From: a virus | Lineage: Duplodnaviria > Caudoviricetes | DNA: 54,663 nt | Strand: one strand, 5' to 3' | Virus record (IMG/VR): IMGVR_UViG_3300048792_000052 | Span: 1 to 54,663 of that record | Part shown: positions 45,484 through 53,206 of the stretch, one piece after another | Layout of the letters: every line of letters starts with the position of its first letter | Numbering within the stretch: the stretch's first letter is position 1 | Notes under the pieces: generated by a model | Seen by the model: the letters and a program-made list of their open reading frames with translations, nothing else | Told to the model about the DNA's origin: nothing | Database searches by the model: none | Program-made: the position numbers and the translations under genes

Positions 45484-46012
45484 ATGGTAAGGCCGACCGC
45501 ATTCCTGCCGCTCGCGTTTCTCGCGCTTGCGTCAGCGGGCGCACAGGAGAAAAACGATAAGTTCGCGGTGTTCGTCGTGGGCATGGGCGACGCCGTCCCC
45601 GTGGCCCAGTCGCTCATAAAGCAGCTGAATGCGTCAAAGCCGTTCGCGGCGGTCGGCAAGAATGACGAGAGCAAGGTGGTGGTGCTCGTGACATGCATGC
45701 CGCGCAAGCAGGCGGAGCCATTCGCGTGCATGTACGTATCGCAGTTCAACGGGCCGACATTCAAAGACGTTCATGGGCGGCGGTCTGTTCTTCAGCACGG
45801 GCGCGGAATTGGTGGCGAGCAACTTTTTGGCGTCGATCGCGCAGGATGTCGTCGAGCGGTACAGCGACACGAATCTGGACAATCTGAGGCAGGGACTCGA
45901 AAGCTGCCTGCTGATGACCGACTCAAAGTGCAACGTCCCCGACCCGCTCCAGAAGGAATTCGACGCGAAGCAGCTCACGCTGGGGCAGTACCTTTTGAAA
46001 AAACACAAGTAA
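45484..46012 (+). pseudogene. Secreted hypothetical protein interrupted by a 1-nt frameshift at ~45763-45765
   Basis: Signal peptide MVRPTAFLPLAFLALASAGA; removing one A from TTCAAAGACG joins it to ORF 45773-46012 (FKTFMGGGLFF...). Confidence 0.6.
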
Positions 46013-46064
46013 AACATGAAGCCCAACCCAGCTTGTGACTGGGTGGGGGTTTTCTTTGTTCCGT

Positions 46065-46241
46065 CTATTGATTTTCTTTCAACGACACTTTTGCGCCAGA
46101 CATGAGTTGCGGAAGTTTGGCGCGGCACTTCGGACAATGATGCATTTCCGCTGCCCCACCAGATGGCCCCAGCGTGCCGGGATTTTCAACCATCAAATCA
46201 GCATCGCACTTTTGGCATTTGAGATCATGGAAAGTAGGCAT
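46065..46241 (-). CDS. Small zinc-ribbon protein (58 aa)
   Basis: Own translation: MPTFHDLKCQKCDADLMVE...HCPKCRAKLPQLMSGAKVSLKENQ. Confidence 0.55.
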   Translation of the reverse strand: MPTFHDLKCQKCDADLMVENPGTLGPSGGAAEMHHCPKCRAKLPQLMSGAKVSLKENQ

Positions 46242-46303
46242 ATTCTGATATTATCAAATGAAAATCCCCGCTCCAGTCACAAGCTGAAGCGGGGACCGTG
46301 TTT

Positions 46304-47701
46304 TTAGAGCTTCGTAACGTTCTTCTTCATCTCCTTGTCGTCACTGTGCGTCCAGTAGGTAGGCAGGAGAAGCTCGAAAATCATGCGCAGCTTCCCGTCA
46401 TTGCCATCCACCTCTGCTTTCTCGCGGAGTGGCGTTTTGTAGTCCCGGCTCGTATACCCGTCGTGCTTCTTCGCGAGGGCCTTCAACCCGTAGCGTTTTA
46501 GAAGGGGCATGGTCTTGTTCGAACTCGCATCGTGAAACATCAAATCGAATAGTGCGTCGAGATGCTTCTGCGAGAGCGGCCATTTCACTTTCACCAGCCC
46601 ATCGCACACTGCCTTGTCGAAGGCGAGCCGCCTGGCCTGCTCTTTCTCGCGCTCTTTCTTGCGCTTCTCTTTTTCTTTCTCGCTCGGACGGTACTCGGTA
46701 TGCTGTTCCCCATGCTCGGAGCAATCGCCGCTGGCGCAAATCCAAATCGTCGTTCCCGTGTCCGGGCCGTCAACTACAATGCCCTGCACCGCGCCTTCGC
46801 AATACTTTTTTGTGTTCGAAGGCAGCCCCTCGTAATTACTCTCGGAAAGCACCGTCATTCCGGCGAACGTCTTGCGCTCCGGCGTGCCGTACTGCTTCAC
46901 GATGGGAACCAAGCCGCTCTCATCGGTCTTGATGCGATGCGTTATGTAGGCATCCATCTTGCGCTTCCAGCATTTGAGGTCGGTGCATTGGCCGTCCTTC
47001 ACCGAACCGAACAAGGCTTCACGTACTGGTGGACACTCCTTGCACACGCCGACGATTTTGGCGATGTCGGAATTTTTCACCCACGGCTGGAACGCCAACG
47101 GGCGGTAGAAGGTCTTGTCAATCCACTTCTTCAATTCGGGAACCGTGACGCCGCGCCACGTTTGCCCCATGTATTTCAACGCCGCGAGCTGGTCACGTTC
47201 GGCGAGCTTGGCGACGAGATACGCCGCACCGTCCGTCATTTCCCCTTTTCGGTATTCCTTGGCTGCTGCCGGACAAAGGTTGGTCAGGAATAATCTCTGC
47301 CGAACGTAATCCTCCGGCTTCCCGACTTTCACCGATATGTCTTTGACGGTCCGGTCCCCGTCCTCGATGAGCTGGCGGTACGCCTCGCCTTCTTCAAGCG
47401 GATGCACGTCCTCGCGCTGGAGGTTCTCGACGATCTGCGCTTCCCGCGCTTCATCGTCCGTCATGTCGACGACTTGCGCCGGGATCTCTTTCAGCCCGGC
47501 TTCCTTCGCCGCCCGGAGCCGACGATTGCCGGCGATGATCTCGTATCCTTTACCACTCTTGCGGGCGAGAACCGGCACGAGGATACCTTTTTCACTGACA
47601 CTCGCCACTAACTCACTAAACGATTTGCCCGCGAAGTCTGTGCCCCGCGGGTTGGTCTCCGATTCCCGGCATTCGGAAACCTTGAGATTCTGCAATTGCA
47701 T
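46304..47701 (-). CDS. parB: ParB/Spo0J-family protein with HTH and Cys-rich C-terminal extension (no parA partner seen)
   Basis: NPR, GILVPVLAR, YEIIAGNRRLRAA (GxRR), ENLQREDVHPLEE, HTH TVKDISVKVGKPEDYVRQRL, CKECP...CTDLKCW. Confidence 0.88.
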   Translation of the reverse strand: MQLQNLKVSECRESETNPRGTDFAGKSFSELVASVSEKGILVPVLARKSGKGYEIIAGNRRLRAAKEAGLKEIPAQVVDMTDDEAREAQIVENLQREDVHPLEEGEAYRQLIEDGDRTVKDISVKVGKPEDYVRQRLFLTNLCPAAAKEYRKGEMTDGAAYLVAKLAERDQLAALKYMGQTWRGVTVPELKKWIDKTFYRPLAFQPWVKNSDIAKIVGVCKECPPVREALFGSVKDGQCTDLKCWKRKMDAYITHRIKTDESGLVPIVKQYGTPERKTFAGMTVLSESNYEGLPSNTKKYCEGAVQGIVVDGPDTGTTIWICASGDCSEHGEQHTEYRPSEKEKEKRKKEREKEQARRLAFDKAVCDGLVKVKWPLSQKHLDALFDLMFHDASSNKTMPLLKRYGLKALAKKHDGYTSRDYKTPLREKAEVDGNDGKLRMIFELLLPTYWTHSDDKEMKKNVTKL

Positions 47702-47813
47702 TGTTGTAATTCATTGGTTTATATTTCGACCTGCATTAAGTATGACCGACCCTAGTAAACTTTCAACCCCGGCTGTCCACAAGGAAAAACAACCGGGATT
47801 GCGGAAATCCGCA

Positions 47814-47990
47814 CTACACTACCTCGTTGCCGTTCTCATCAATCTCGGTAACGTCGGTGACATTTATTTCGAAGTCGCCTGACGCTTCGGGGTGGGTCAC
47901 GGCGATGTGTTCCGCCTCGGTGGAGTTTTCGGCGCTCACAATCGTATCCCAGCACCTATCCTCGGTCATGTGAACTCGATATAGTCTCAT
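47814..47990 (-). CDS. Small acidic protein (58 aa)
   Basis: Own translation: MRLYRVHMTEDRCWDTIVSAENSTEAEHIA...; AGGTCG leader motif. Confidence 0.55.
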   Translation of the reverse strand: MRLYRVHMTEDRCWDTIVSAENSTEAEHIAVTHPEASGDFEINVTDVTEIDENGNEVV

Positions 47991-48268
47991 TGGTTTGTTT
48001 ATTTAGGTTTCGACCTTTGCGCCGTTCGCTTGACGGCAGTCATAGGGAAGCTGCCAGGTGCCCTGAAAAGTCAAGGTGGATCGTCTAAAAGGCCGCGCGA
48101 CGTTTCGGCGGCGGCAAAGAGTCGAAGTACCTTTACTTTTTAGGGTGGCTGCTACCCTTAACGGTCCGTAAAGCGAACTACGTGGCACGCGAGCAAACCC
48201 GAAGGGCAGTTATCGAGGCGCGTCTTCGCGCCACTGATTGCGGTAAAATCCGCTGATTAGAGGCGCAT

Positions 48269-48610
48269 ATGAAATTCTGGAAAACAATCGGAACTGTGCT
48301 CGATAATATTTGGGCACCGGCAGGAGCTTTGGTTTTCGACCCTGACGGTGAACGGGGAAAGAACGATAACTACCTCCCAGAAAAGAGGCATGTGGGGTTC
48401 TGGTTCTTCGTGGCGGTCATCGCCCTGGTGGGATCGTGGATATTTAAGTGGTCCGACAAATACGCCGATGTGGCGGGCGTCGCGTTCATGGTCTGCCGAT
48501 TCGCCCTCGTGGAACGCCGGGTCGCTGATTTGACCATGAGTTTAAAAACTTTAGAATCCTCGCTTCAACGTCCTTCCGTTTCGTCCCCCACCGCTCCAAG
48601 GACGCCTTGA
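48269..48610 (+). CDS. Moron: two-TM membrane protein
   Basis: GAGG SD, two hydrophobic segments; 3' end overlaps the convergent ATPase gene. Confidence 0.5.
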   Translation: MKFWKTIGTVLDNIWAPAGALVFDPDGERGKNDNYLPEKRHVGFWFFVAVIALVGSWIFKWSDKYADVAGVAFMVCRFALVERRVADLTMSLKTLESSLQRPSVSSPTAPRTP

Positions 48611-49769
48611 TGAGCTTCGTGGCGTTGGCTTCGTCCCCGCGCTTTTGTACGGGCGGGTTAGCTTCGAAATGGGATACCAGGGGTTCATTGCGTGCGTTGA
48701 ACGAGCGCGCGTAGAAGTGGTAGCGTGGCAGGTCGGTAATCTGATACGCAACGTCCTGTCCCCAATTGGTAGCCATCAGTTTCGCATCCTCTCCTGAAGC
48801 GTTGAAGATGATCTGCGTCGGGCAGTTGGCGAGCAGGTCTTTCGCAAATGGGAGCTGGTACATTCCCTGCGTACCGCTCACCAGGCTTACCCCATACTTC
48901 CTGCCTTCAGCCAACAAGGTTCCGAACCGTCCGCCGTGCGTGAAGTTGTGCGTCTCGTCCACCACCACCATGAAATGCGGTCTGGATTTCTGCCGCTCGC
49001 GCTTCAGGGCTGCGATGGAAACCATAGAGATGATGAGCGAGCCGAGGATTTGGGCAATTTCTTCACCGAGACGGCCTTTGGATAATCTGGCGACGACTAT
49101 CCGGCGCCCGTTCATCACTTCCAGAAAGTCCAATGAGTCCGGCTGGCCGATGATGGGCAGGATGGCCGGCCGAAGTAATTTGGCAACCTTGTTCAAGGGC
49201 GGAGAGAACTTGGACATCTGCTCCGAGTCGCGCAGTTTCTCGTCGTACTGCTCGCGGAACAGCTTGAGGAAGGGGTTGGCGGATTTCCGCAATACCGATT
49301 CTCGGAACTTGTCGTCCGCCATGAAACGGAACACATGGACTGGCGTAGGCCGGGGAAACGCCTCGCAAACCGCGTCGATGGCATTGATAATAACGCGGGC
49401 CGATTCATCGCCCCAAGCGGAACCGGCAAGAGATTTAAGCGTAGTAAAAAGTGATTCCTTGCCGAGTTCCAGTTCTTCGCCCGTTTTGAAGAAAAGAGGA
49501 TTGAACGGAGGCACGCGGGGAGCGTCGGGGTCTATCCAAATAAAATCCCTGGCGCGGGATTTGGGGATTAGTTTGGCTATCGCATCCGCCGCATCGCCGT
49601 GCGGGTCGATAAACAATCCCCCGTTGCCCTGGCGGATGTGTTCGACAAAAAGATTGATGAGCAAGCTGGACTTGCCCACGCCTGACATGCCCTCAATGTT
49701 TATGTGGCGCGCGGTGTCGATCGCGAGCGGTCTGTTGCTGATAAAGTCATTTCCGATGATTGCGTTCAT
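48486..49769 (-). CDS. TraD/TrwB-like (type IV coupling / FtsK-HerA) ATPase
   Basis: RHINIEGMSGVGKS, IDPHGD, FNPL, VVVDETHNF, EGRKYGVSL...TQ..YQL, N..T.I.F. Confidence 0.85.
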   Translation of the reverse strand: MNAIIGNDFISNRPLAIDTARHINIEGMSGVGKSSLLINLFVEHIRQGNGGLFIDPHGDAADAIAKLIPKSRARDFIWIDPDAPRVPPFNPLFFKTGEELELGKESLFTTLKSLAGSAWGDESARVIINAIDAVCEAFPRPTPVHVFRFMADDKFRESVLRKSANPFLKLFREQYDEKLRDSEQMSKFSPPLNKVAKLLRPAILPIIGQPDSLDFLEVMNGRRIVVARLSKGRLGEEIAQILGSLIISMVSIAALKRERQKSRPHFMVVVDETHNFTHGGRFGTLLAEGRKYGVSLVSGTQGMYQLPFAKDLLANCPTQIIFNASGEDAKLMATNWGQDVAYQITDLPRYHFYARSFNARNEPLVSHFEANPPVQKRGDEANATKLIKASLERWGTKRKDVEARILKFLNSWSNQRPGVPRGRIGRP

Positions 49770-49773
49770 GCTC

Positions 49774-49852
49774 TGGAAGCTGGGCGGTAGGATTCGAACC
49801 TACATCTCGCGGACAACTCCGCGTGCATCTACCGTTCTGCTACGCACAGCTC
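49774..49852 (-). ncRNA. tRNA-like element (non-canonical anticodon arm)
   Basis: Minus strand has D arm GCA..GG..TGC, T arm GTAGG-TTCGAAT-CCTAC and a 3' CCA; anticodon loop is only 6 nt (AGTTGT). Confidence 0.65.
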
Positions 49853-49977
49853 TCAAAGTACGAAACATTAGCCCGCGTCCCAGCCCCCATCTCGGCTCAC
49901 AGCCGGAGAAGACTGGGAGGCAGGGAATGTGCGCGACATGTCGCGCCCCGCGAGTTTGGGTCGCGATTATTAGAAGT

Positions 49978-50730
49978 TTAACTCTCTGGCCTCAAAATGC
50001 TATACGCGCGATCGCGGAAGTTCTTGGGCGTCCACCAGATTTTGCCGGTGGGGTTTTTAGAAAACACATCGACGCTTGTGAACCAAAGCCTTGGAGTGTT
50101 TAAGGTGTCTTCAATCGACGCGAGCAGCATTTCAACCCTGCGCGTTGTTTGGACCACAATGTAGGTTCGCGGGAAGTGCTTGGCGTAGTCGGCCAGTTTC
50201 TCGCGGCTTACAGGATTCATGCGCTCGTATTCCATAGGACACCAGCCCGTACCGTCCTTGAGGTCGAAAAAGAGGTCGGGGACTTCGCCGTCAAAATCTT
50301 TCTGCAAGTCAGTGCGCCACCTGCGGAACTCGGCGCCGTCGAAATGCTTCGCGAGCAGAAGCTGGCAATCAGTGATGCCTTTTTCGTGCGGGAGCTGCAT
50401 GGGGGACTTCTTTTGGACGTACCACTTCCGGCTCGCCGCCCCGCGCTCAATCGCCTTCAAAGCTCCCTGCTCGGTAAGGAAATAGAGGAACTCCGAAAAG
50501 TCATTCTGCTGCACGCGTCCCAGGTATCCGTTCTCGCACAACCTGCGGAGGCGGACGTTGATGTAATCGAACTTGCATCCGAGCGCGGACTGCATTTGCT
50601 TCGTCGTCAGGAAAACGTACTTCGCGAACGCTTCATAGATCCGGTCGTCAGCCAGCATCGAATAGACGCGCCGGACGTTTCTTGCTTCGGCTTGGGGTAT
50701 CACGGGTGCTCCTTTCAAAGCTGTTTGCAT
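49978..50730 (-). CDS. Replic_Relax (MOBC-like) relaxase: wHTH plus PD-(D/E)XK
   Basis: FLTTKQ...RLRRL..NGYL...YFLT..G, LPHE..I, PDLFF, MEYER, KL..Y. Confidence 0.75.
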   Translation of the reverse strand: MQTALKGAPVIPQAEARNVRRVYSMLADDRIYEAFAKYVFLTTKQMQSALGCKFDYINVRLRRLCENGYLGRVQQNDFSEFLYFLTEQGALKAIERGAASRKWYVQKKSPMQLPHEKGITDCQLLLAKHFDGAEFRRWRTDLQKDFDGEVPDLFFDLKDGTGWCPMEYERMNPVSREKLADYAKHFPRTYIVVQTTRRVEMLLASIEDTLNTPRLWFTSVDVFSKNPTGKIWWTPKNFRDRAYSILRPES

Positions 50731-52075
50731 GGGGTGGGAAAGAGTTAGGAAGGTTGTTTCTAAATAGTAAAGTTTCTGCGCTGGAATACAAGTAGGGCCG
50801 GAGCGGGGGAACTTTGTAGTGGTACGTCCGGTCCGGCAGGACGATCATGCACTGGTACTTCGGAAGGTTGAGTTTCTCCGCGAACTTGGCACGCTTTTCT
50901 TCTGGGGAATAATCCTCCCAGCCGGTCTGCACTTCCACCGATTGGGGCCGGAGCCGGTCGTGGGTGGTTATCTGGTCCCCGTCCGGGTATTCGGTAACGC
51001 TCGTGCCAATGTCGTCTTCGTATTCCGTGATATGGCTGATGCGCGGCTGCCGGTGCCAGTCCTCCGCCAGCTCGCGCGAGAAGGCATCCCCCGCCAACTT
51101 ATTGCGGATTTCCGCACTCAAGCCGCCGAAGATTACGCGGATGCCGGCGTTCACGGATAAAGATTCTTTCGTCCGTTCATCCATCTGGCCGGCGAAGTGG
51201 TGAATGATGGTGGCGCGGATGCCGGAAGCTAGGACCAGGTCAAGCATGGAACCCAAATCAGGGGAGCTGTATTCCTGCGCTTCATCGGCGTACAAGAATG
51301 TGGTATGCGGGTCGTTCGCATGCTCTATTCCAACAAGGGTGATGTCCGATAGGAGAAGGCCGAGGCAGATGCGGGCAGTTTCGCGTGGCAAGTGTGCGCT
51401 CGGGGTTGCGTTCACAAAAAGGCTGACGCCATTGCGAAAACACTCTCCGACTTCCAAGGGATCGGGCAGGGACATAACTTGCCGGAGCATGGAACTTGTA
51501 ATGAAAGGCCGGAGCCGGTTTCGGAGGGGCTTTACTTCGAACTTCCAGTCCGATTTATCAGTGTAGGAAATGCGGCGCATTTCTTCTCGGAACTGTTCGT
51601 CAGGCATGTCTTTCGAATAGTCGAGCCAGAGTTTTCGTTTGTCGTACTCCACCATGTCGAGCGCTTCGGTAAGAGGCATCTTCGAAACTGCGAGATGGGC
51701 AAAGAATGCTTCGGCCACTCTCGCGTAATTTTGCAATTCGGAGATGGGCTGGTTGGAGACGACTTTCAAAATCACTTCGGCAAGATGGTTGGCGTGCGTA
51801 GCGAGATCGCGTCCCGTGGGCAACGCAAAAGGATTCCAGGCAATCAGCCGATCGGGGTTCGATAGATTCAAGAACTTGGCTGGGTAGTTTGGATTGGCTT
51901 CGGCGACGAAGGCGACAAGTTTTTCGTAACCCTGCGATTTGTATTCCAGCCACATCATGGGATTGCCTGCCAAGATGTGGATGTGGCCATGACCGACTGC
52001 GAGCGTCGTCTTGCCGTACCGTGCGCGGCCGACAATTTCACAATGAGTTTTATAGGGCGCCCAACGGGGATGCAT
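50648..52075 (-). CDS. Second, more divergent TraD/TrwB-like ATPase
   Basis: HCEIVGRARYGKTT Walker A, WNPF, FLYADEAQEY Walker B; GAAAGGA SD places the start at 52075. Confidence 0.72.
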   Translation of the reverse strand: MHPRWAPYKTHCEIVGRARYGKTTLAVGHGHIHILAGNPMMWLEYKSQGYEKLVAFVAEANPNYPAKFLNLSNPDRLIAWNPFALPTGRDLATHANHLAEVILKVVSNQPISELQNYARVAEAFFAHLAVSKMPLTEALDMVEYDKRKLWLDYSKDMPDEQFREEMRRISYTDKSDWKFEVKPLRNRLRPFITSSMLRQVMSLPDPLEVGECFRNGVSLFVNATPSAHLPRETARICLGLLLSDITLVGIEHANDPHTTFLYADEAQEYSSPDLGSMLDLVLASGIRATIIHHFAGQMDERTKESLSVNAGIRVIFGGLSAEIRNKLAGDAFSRELAEDWHRQPRISHITEYEDDIGTSVTEYPDGDQITTHDRLRPQSVEVQTGWEDYSPEEKRAKFAEKLNLPKYQCMIVLPDRTYHYKVPPLRPYLYSSAETLLFRNNLPNSFPPHANSFERSTRDTPSRSKKRPARLFDAG

Positions 52076-52136
52076 AGGTTCCTTTCCGATAGAGATTAAG
52101 GCACGCCGAGTGAAGCGATAGCGGCCTGCGATAGTG

Positions 52137-52211
52137 CCTATCGGGGTATCCTGACCGTGCCCTGCTAAGGGATGCGAATAGTAAGAAGCAAGGGAAGGAT
52201 ACCCCGATAGG
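52137..52211. repeat. Perfect 16-bp inverted repeat (oriT candidate)
   Basis: CCTATCGGGGTATCCT (52137-52152) / AGGATACCCCGATAGG (52196-52211). Confidence 0.7.
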
Positions 52212-52310
52212 AAAAGGCACGAGGCGAACAGGCAACCCGCGTGATAACAAGGGTTTGGCGGCATGGTCGCGAATTTTTCTTATCGAGCGATAGCATACTG
52301 CTAGTAAGGT

Positions 52311-52643
52311 CTAATGAACCTTGTCGGGATGGTGAAACTCACGAGCGACTTGTCCTTCGAGGTACTTATCGAAGTGTTTTTGCAAGTCCTGATCGCCAAC
52401 CTTGATTGCGGGGAGTTGGGTGTCTTTGAAAGAAGCGATGGCGTGGACAACCTCGATCTTTTTCTGGATGTCCCGCGCGGCGATTTCCGCTTCCGTGGGT
52501 TCGCGCGGCGGTGGAAGTGGTGGAGGTGGTGGTGGAAGGGGTGGCTCGGGTGGTGGAGCTGGTGGAGGCGGGTCGGGCTGCAAGACCTTGTAGAGGCTCA
52601 AGCAGCCCAGAGCAACCAGCAGAACTAAGAGAAGGCCGCTCAT
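52311..52643 (-). CDS. Membrane-anchored proline-rich protein
   Basis: N-terminal TM, poly-Pro linker, helical C-terminus. Confidence 0.65.
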   Translation of the reverse strand: MSGLLLVLLVALGCLSLYKVLQPDPPPPAPPPEPPLPPPPPPLPPPREPTEAEIAARDIQKKIEVVHAIASFKDTQLPAIKVGDQDLQKHFDKYLEGQVAREFHHPDKVH

Positions 52644-52855
52644 GGGCGGCCTCCGTTCTTTTTCTTGGTGATGAGTTGTTTCAGTTCGTCGGCCCGCTGG
52701 CGGGGAACTTTGCGGGTTTCGTTCGTTTCGCCGGTGCCGATGTTCAGGTAACCGCCGTACTTAATCAAAAGTCGGCGCCCTGAGTGGTAGGACGCGCCAA
52801 TGTAGGCGGCGAACTCTTTTACGGTGAGGGTCTCCTCATAAACGATACTTTCCAT
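52640..52855 (-). CDS. Excisionase-like HTH protein
   Basis: TLTVKEFAAYIGASY...R.VP; AGGAG SD; downstream of the integrase. Confidence 0.65.
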   Translation of the reverse strand: MESIVYEETLTVKEFAAYIGASYHSGRRLLIKYGGYLNIGTGETNETRKVPRQRADELKQLITKKKNGGRP

Positions 52856-53206
52856 GTCGCAATCTCCTGTTTGGGATTTCGCGACAGATTTCTCCCGGCC
52901 TATTAGCCGCGAGCGTTACCCAATTGGGCCACGCTTGAACCGTCCAATTGAACTAGCTTAGATAGTTTCTGTCCGTTGCCGTGAAAGAACGCTTCCCTGA
53001 GAGCCAGCGCGACTAAAGCAGGCCGAAAGCCTGACGCGCCTAAACTTAGCTTGTCATCTTGCGTCCACCCGTATCTTTGCCCTATTAGGCAATATTGAAA
53101 CATAACGAAGTCAGCAACGTTTGCCTATATGTCTTATAGCATGGACGTGAATTGGTTTCTAGGGTTTCCGGAAAGTAATCTTGATCTGGATTTGCAGTTC
53201 GAGTTT

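Noticed and set aside
48183-48215. c-di-GMP-I riboswitch-like GCAAACCC...GGG
   Set aside because: Lacks the GNRA tetraloop/receptor and the downstream GCAAAG-P3 elements.
48766-50103. 445-aa plus-strand ORF (likewise 8861-9541, 46562-47293, 30833-31468)
   Set aside because: Antisense shadows of well-supported minus-strand genes, with no recognisable motifs.
52505-52577. GGT/GGA tandem repeat
   Set aside because: It encodes the poly-proline linker of ORF 52311-52643.
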